Shown here: piece after piece, positions 57,643 through 64,000 of the stretch
Layout of the letters: each line of letters starts with the position of its first letter
Numbering within the stretch: position 1 is the stretch's first letter
Origin: the human T2T-CHM13v2.0 reference genome, Homo sapiens
Length of the DNA stretch: 64,000 nucleotides
Assembly: GCF_009914755.1 (NCBI RefSeq)
Contig: NC_060929.1
Strand: one strand, 5' to 3'
Program-made: the position numbers and the translations under genes
The notes under the pieces: generated by a model
Databases searched by the model: none
What the model was told of the DNA's origin: nothing
The model's input: only the letters and a program-made list of their open reading frames with translations

Positions 57643-59254
57643 TTTCATATATAATGTATATACACACATACATATCTATATATTTAATAGGAAATATGTA
57701 TTTTATTTACATACATATCTTATAGGAGATTATATATATATCTTACAGGAGATATATATATTATACATATATTAATATATATATATTAGCAAGAAAGATA
57801 TTAGCTCCTAATTAAATATCAAATATCAGTGCTTAACTGGTATTATATAGTTTTCCGGGATGAGTGAATAAAATTCAGTAAGGTTAAATGACACACTTAT
57901 GTAAGCACTTTAAGTTGCTGGACGTATTCTCAAGAAGAAAAGAAGAGTGAACTTAGTAGAGAGCTCTGCACATGGTAAAAGTATTTGGTAAATGCTTGTT
58001 AAGTGCAAAGATCTTTGAGAGTTACTGTGATGCTGGTAGCCAGTTTCCCAGGAACCTACACTCTCTCATTAGCTACACAAAGCCTGCTCTATTCTTTCTC
58101 CTGGGGGGGTCAGCCCTTTGGTTAGGAGGGAAAAAGGGCACACGGTAAGAAACAACTTAAGCAGAATACAGACAAGAGGAAAAAAGAAGCCAAATAAACC
58201 AAACCAAGAATCTAATTTATCTTATGCCACGCAAGTCCCCTCCAGATTTAAAAGGGCAACCGCTCCCAGGAACACAGAGTTGAGAGGAAAGGATTAACAT
58301 TTGGGTGAGGTGAGACACCTGGAAGAAGCCTGGAAATACGTTTCCTGTTGTGGACTCCTGGACTCCTTAGATTCAGGTAATGTACTAAACAATCAAGTCC
58401 ATGTCACTATTCTTTGACTGATTTGATGAAATTAACTAAGCTGTCGGTCTAGCAATGAAGCCGAAGTATCTCTGGAAGAGGTGGGGGATGGAAACATCCT
58501 GAGGCTTCCAAAATTATATTTACCATGTTGCAATGTGAATCAGGGTGGTTCACCTTAGTCTTGACTAAAAACTTATCAGTAATCATCAGTCACTGTTTTC
58601 GTAAAACTGAAAGGTCATTTGCTGCTGTTATTCAGGAGGTAAAAAATAATTACTTTATCTTTCAACAGTAGATGGTACTGTGAGTAGATTGTCACAGGGA
58701 ATTGCCAAGATACGGATCAGTTTAGGAGTTGGTGTCAGGGAATTAAGATGAGATACGGAGCCAAGTAACAACAGCAGCAAGTGTAAATACAGAGGAAAAA
58801 CATGCACAGGCTATGTAGAGTAATTTCTGAAACTGGATGTACAAAGAGATACATTATCTGATAGAATCATATTGTCCTTACAAATTTGAACACAGGCAGA
58901 ACTTTAATCCAATGTTAGATATTTTAAGTGTATAATTTTAGTTCAAATTAGTAGCAGACTATCTTCTTCTTATTTATATTTTTTAGATGACAATGGTCAA
59001 ATGGTATTAGTATACCAGGCAGATGAAGATATAATCTTGGATAGATAATCTATTCATGTGGCTTTCACAGTAAAGAACAATGGTTAGGAAAATAACAGAA
59101 TAAAGGAAGACCATGAAGAATTTAAAGTGATAAAATAATGAGAGAAATAACCTGGGGTTATCAGTTGACAGCAGAATGTGGGTTGTAAACTCTGTTTTAT
59201 GGCTACAATTCTAAAATGTTGTATTTTAGCTTGATATTATTATTATTAAAAAGA

Positions 59255-59530
59255 CATTATGTGTACATATATATGGAGAGAGATATATATATCATATATA
59301 TGGAGATGTATATATCCATATAGAATGAAACTATCCATGTGGTTTTATTCTACACTATAGTATACATATATACACTATATATACACATACAGATATCCAT
59401 ACACTATGTATGTAATGTATATATAGTATATATAACATATATACATATGCACATACTATATGTATATATACATGTACTATATATATATATAGTGTAGAAT
59501 GAAACTACACCCCTATATGGATATATGGGT
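59255..59530. repeat. TA-rich low-complexity tract with internal inverted repeats
   Basis: Directly visible. Confidence 0.85.
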
Positions 59531-59720
59531 TGTCTCTTCTAGAGAAATGTTGAGTTCTAGAAGATAAAGCAAATGTATAAAACTGTATAAAAAATGGAGA
59601 TTCACAGTCAAGAACCAAGTCACAGGCAATATATAGAAAGATAGTGCCTCAGAATTTTCCAGAATTCATAATTATATATATTTTCCAGAATTCACAATAT
59701 ATATATTGTCTCTCTATATT

Positions 59721-60451
59721 GAGAACAGCTTGGAGGTTCCTCAAACCTAGAAATAGGGCTACCATGTGATCCAGCAATTCCACTGCTAGGTGTATACCCA
59801 ATAGAAAGGCAATCAGTATATCAAGGGGATATCCGCACTCCCATGTTTGTTGCAGCTGTATTCACAATAACCAAGATTTAGAGTCAATCTAAGTGTCCAT
59901 CAACAGACAAATAGATAATGAGGTACCTATACACAATGGAATACCATTCAGCCATAAAAAAATGAGATCCCATCATTTGCAACAATAGGAATGGAACTGG
60001 AGGTCATTGTATTAAGTGAAATAAGTCAGGCATAGAAAGATAAATTTCTCATTCTCACTCATTTGTGTGAGCTAAATAATTGAACAATTGGACTCATGGA
60101 GATAGAGAATAGAATGATGGTTATCAGAGGCCAAGAAGGGTAGTGGGGTAGGGGGCAAGTAGAAATGATTAATGGGTACAAAAATATAGTTAACTAGAAT
60201 GAATTAGATCTAGTACTTGATAGCTCAACAAGGTGAATACAGTCAATAATTTACTGTACATTGAAAAATAACTAAAAGACCATAATTGGAATGTTTATAA
60301 CACAAAAAATGATAAATGCTTGAGGTGATGGATACCTCATTTACCCTGATGTGATTATTAGGCAACATAGGGCTCTACCAAAATATTGCATTTATCCTCT
60401 AAATATTTACACCTATGTATCCATAAAATGTTTTAAAATAAAAAAAAATAA
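59721..60451 (+). mobile_element. L1MA2/3-like 3' end
   Basis: 'ctaccatgtgatccagcaattccactgctagg..tgataaatgcttgaggtgatggatacc..' followed by an A-tail. Confidence 0.9.
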
Positions 60452-60769
60452 ATTTGGCTATTTTATTTTTATTTGTAGATTTTATTTTAATCTTTTTTTG
60501 TGTTTTTTGTTTGTTTGTTTTTAGCAAATCCTGTTCCCTGGCTATAGTTTCAAACTGGCATTTAAAAATTAACCCCAAGAAACATTCTTTTATTCTTGTT
60601 CTTACTCGCGGTGCCTTGTTTTCTTGAGTGTTCAATTATTAATTGTATGTTGGTAATGCACTTAGTAGAACAAAATTATTATAGCCAATTTTGGCACTAA
60701 GCTAAAAATGACTTCTTTCAGATGGTTGGTAGATTCTGTTAGACATATGTAGGTGCTACCAGCTGTGCT

Positions 60770-62690
60770 CACCCTCATCCAACTTTATGACTTTCACAAC
60801 TTATATCCAAAAAATGAATTCTTAATAGATCATAGATTTAAGTATAAAAATTTAAAGTTATAAAATTTATGGAAAGAAAGGCAAAGAAATGTCTTTGACC
60901 TTGGATTTGGTGATAAGTTTTTAGATATAACATCAAAAGTATAGCCCATTAAAAACCAAGAAATTGCACATATTAAAGGTTTTCTTAAGACAAGTGATGT
61001 ACAAACTGTGAATGGAACAAAAATAAATTACAACATTTCTGATTAAGGACTTGTTTCCTGAATACATAAAGAACACTTAAAAGTCCCATTCAAAAATGGA
61101 CGAAAGATATGTACAGATACTTCAGCAAAAGTGGTAGATGGATGACAAATACGAATACAAAATAATTCTCAACATCATTTGTCCTTAAGGGGATGTAAAC
61201 ATAAACAACAATGATATGTTATTGCGCACACCATTACAATAAATAAAATCTAAAATAGACTGACACTATGAAATGCAGGCAAGAATAGGAAACAACAAGA
61301 ACTATTACTCATTACTAGTGGGCATGAAAAATTGTAGTCACTTTGGAAGACTGTTTGGCATCTCACCACAAAGTCTATATTGCTCCTAGGTATTTAGTCA
61401 AGTTTCCTAAAAACTTATTTTCACAAAAAAACCTGTATATGTATATTTTAAAAAGCTTTATTTATTCATAACCACAAAAACATGAAGATAAATATAGATA
61501 TGTCTGAATACTTTGGTTAGTATGCATACATGTATTTCCTGACTCTCTGTTGAGAGATGAATCAGTAATGTTCCAGTAGAAAGAAAGTATACCTTTCACC
61601 CATATTTTGGTTTCTAAATACCATTCTCAAAGAAAATCAGGAATTCTTAGAGACATGGCTAATTCTAGGGCTAAAGCAACGAAAATACAACATGAATCTG
61701 GAGCATCTTGTAGTACCAGAAGTAACAGACTCCAAAAACAAAAAGATTAGTTTTATATACCTTTAGTCTCAAGCAGTGAGTATTCTGACACCGCATATTT
61801 TAGGCTTCTCTTGGCTAATGAAAGTTTTTCAAGTGGGTACCCAATGGTCAAACTAAAAAAGAAAAAAAAAAAGCAACTAAGTAATGTAGTATTAAGTTAT
61901 AACCCATATTAATGGACAAATATGCATGAGTCCATACTGATAGATATGGATTATTAAACAGATAAGTAAGTGAGAAGAAACAAATCTTCTTGATGAAATA
62001 ATTCCAAATCATTTATGTAGATAATCTCCATTAACAGAAGTGGATCTTAATTCCCCTTCTCCCTTGGAGTGCTGGCTGGACTTAGTGACTTGATTCCAAA
62101 GAAAAAGTGTTACAAAAAGGGAAAATCTAGCAAACACTTCCTTATTCAGGTTTTCAGGGTTAACGTCATTAGTGGAAGTCAAGGTGATAGCACCTACCTG
62201 CTGGTATTGTGTGATAATAAGGGCATGGCATATCTATAGCATGATTCCCATGAACTATAACTCCAGTCTGAACAGGGAAAACATCAGACAGACTTAAATC
62301 AAGGAACATTGTACGAAATATCTCACAACTACGCCTCAAAACTGTCAAGGTCACCAAAAATAAGTAAAGTTGGGACAATTATCACAGCCAAGGAAAGCCT
62401 AATTATACATTGCAAATAGAAGTAATTGGTATTTTAGATGGGACATTGGAACAGAAAAAAATACACTAGTGGTAGAACTAGTAAAATTTGAGTGAAGCAT
62501 GGAGTTTAATTAATAATAATATACCAATTTTGTTTTTGTAGGAAAACAAACTTAGTTTTTTAGAAAAATGTGCCATGAAAAGGTGAGATACTACAATGGG
62601 GAATTTAGGTGAGAGGTATATAGGTAATCTATATACAAGCTTTGCAATTTCATTACATCTAAAATTGTTCCAAAATAAAAAATTATTTTA
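60770..62690 (+). mobile_element. L1MC3-like ORF2 end and 3' UTR
   Basis: 'ccatattttggtttctaaataccattctc..ttcttagagacatggctaattctaggg', 'cctcaaaactgtcaaggtca'. Confidence 0.8.
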
Positions 62691-64000
62691 AAATTTTCTG
62701 CCTAATCATTCTGCCTTTTGAACCCCCAATTTCCTTTCTATATAACAATATATTTGGTGGTGTCATTGTTGGCATAAAATTTAACATAGGTCTATTTTCA
62801 CTCAATAAACCACACTTTAAAGTGTATGCTGGTACCTTCCTATGCAAATGAAACATCTCCGGAATGGATAAAAGACAATGGAAAATAAACAGAATTAAAT
62901 TAAAAGGCAATTTCTAGTCCTCAATAACTAGTTATCTCAGTGTCTTAGATTCTGTAGCCCTGAAATTCACATTGGAAAACACATGTATCTGAAACACAGA
63001 TGAAATGAATTTAGCATTAATAAATGCAATATAGTATATAGCCTGATTAAATTATAGATGCTGTTCATCAATGATTTTGGAACTGTAAGCGTAAAGCAAT
63101 TTCAATTAAATGTAAAAATTGTTTTGATTTTTGAGGAAAGGAAAAATAATAATGTCTTAGCATTAGAAATACCCTTAGCAATATTTGAAATACCGTATTT
63201 CTGTGGAAAAAAATTATTTTAAATATAATATTGATGAATAACAGATATTTTATTTTGTTTTATTTTTGCTTGATAATAAACCTATTGAACAGAGACATTT
63301 ATTCATGAGGCAATAATTTATCGACAGTCATTTATATGCCATTCACTGTTATAGCCAATGAATAAATTTTCTATATCCAATATTATTCCAATACTTGACA
63401 AAATACACCTTAGAATTTTTTCTTAAGTATTTACTACAATTATGATGGGAACACCAAAGAGTTAGAGCTAGTTAGTGAAGAGTATATCCTAATGGGTCCT
63501 ATTTTACCATATGACCTAATGGATCTGACAGTAGATAGATCAAAATGGACAGTTCAGGTAATATAATAATTTAATCATCTATGATCCAGAGCTCAGTCTT
63601 CATAGGACACACTTCCTAAAAGTTCCTAGTTCTTTGCTGCAAGAGTCTAAACCTTCTACCAACATCTTAGGAATCTTCAATGTGACTCTTCTATTAAAGA
63701 TTGCAAAAAAACTGATCACAGATTAATTATATTCACCTTTAGCTCCATTTAGTTTCTCAGGTCGGAGTTGATTTATTTCCATTGAAATATTGATTAACAT
63801 AAATACCACCTGTGATTTTGGCTGCCCTTGACCACAATCCTTGTAGAATAAGGTTCCCTAGTTGCCATGATGACTTTGATGACCTTTAAATCTGGTTCCT
63901 CCACTCTAGATTTCTATAACCCCTTTTGCTGTATTGACACAAGACATACTGTTTTTAAGAGAGCATCTCCTACCATTAACTCGGGTCTACAGAGGAGAGC

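Noticed and set aside
59651-59706. Short tandem duplications (also ~20815, 38095, 45063)
   Set aside because: Ordinary two-copy slippage events; no repeat-spacer periodicity, so not CRISPR-like.

Overview
AT-rich, CpG-depleted primate (human-like) genomic DNA that reads as gene desert or deep intron. I find no credible protein-coding exon, CpG island, tRNA/rRNA gene or prokaryotic-type system. The longer ORFs fall in Alu, L1 or THE1/MaLR sequence, and the rest look like chance ORFs in AT-rich DNA. Much of the window is interspersed repeat: 8 Alus, old L1MA/MB/MC/ME copies, MaLR, ERV1 and ERVL LTRs, MER1/MER2/MER5 DNA transposons, and MIR/L2 relics. Families were recognised by eye from remembered consensus sequences, so subfamily labels and boundaries of old elements are approximate. 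The most notable items are: (1) a full-length U6 snRNA retrocopy fused to an L1MA 3' end and nested in an older L1; (2) a TSD-flanked L1MA that keeps both ends but has lost most of ORF1 and ORF2; (3) several old local copy or template-switch scars, including a 108-bp inverted repeat with a third copy and a 185-bp dispersed duplication. These are known classes of event. I do not see sequence evidence for a new biological system.
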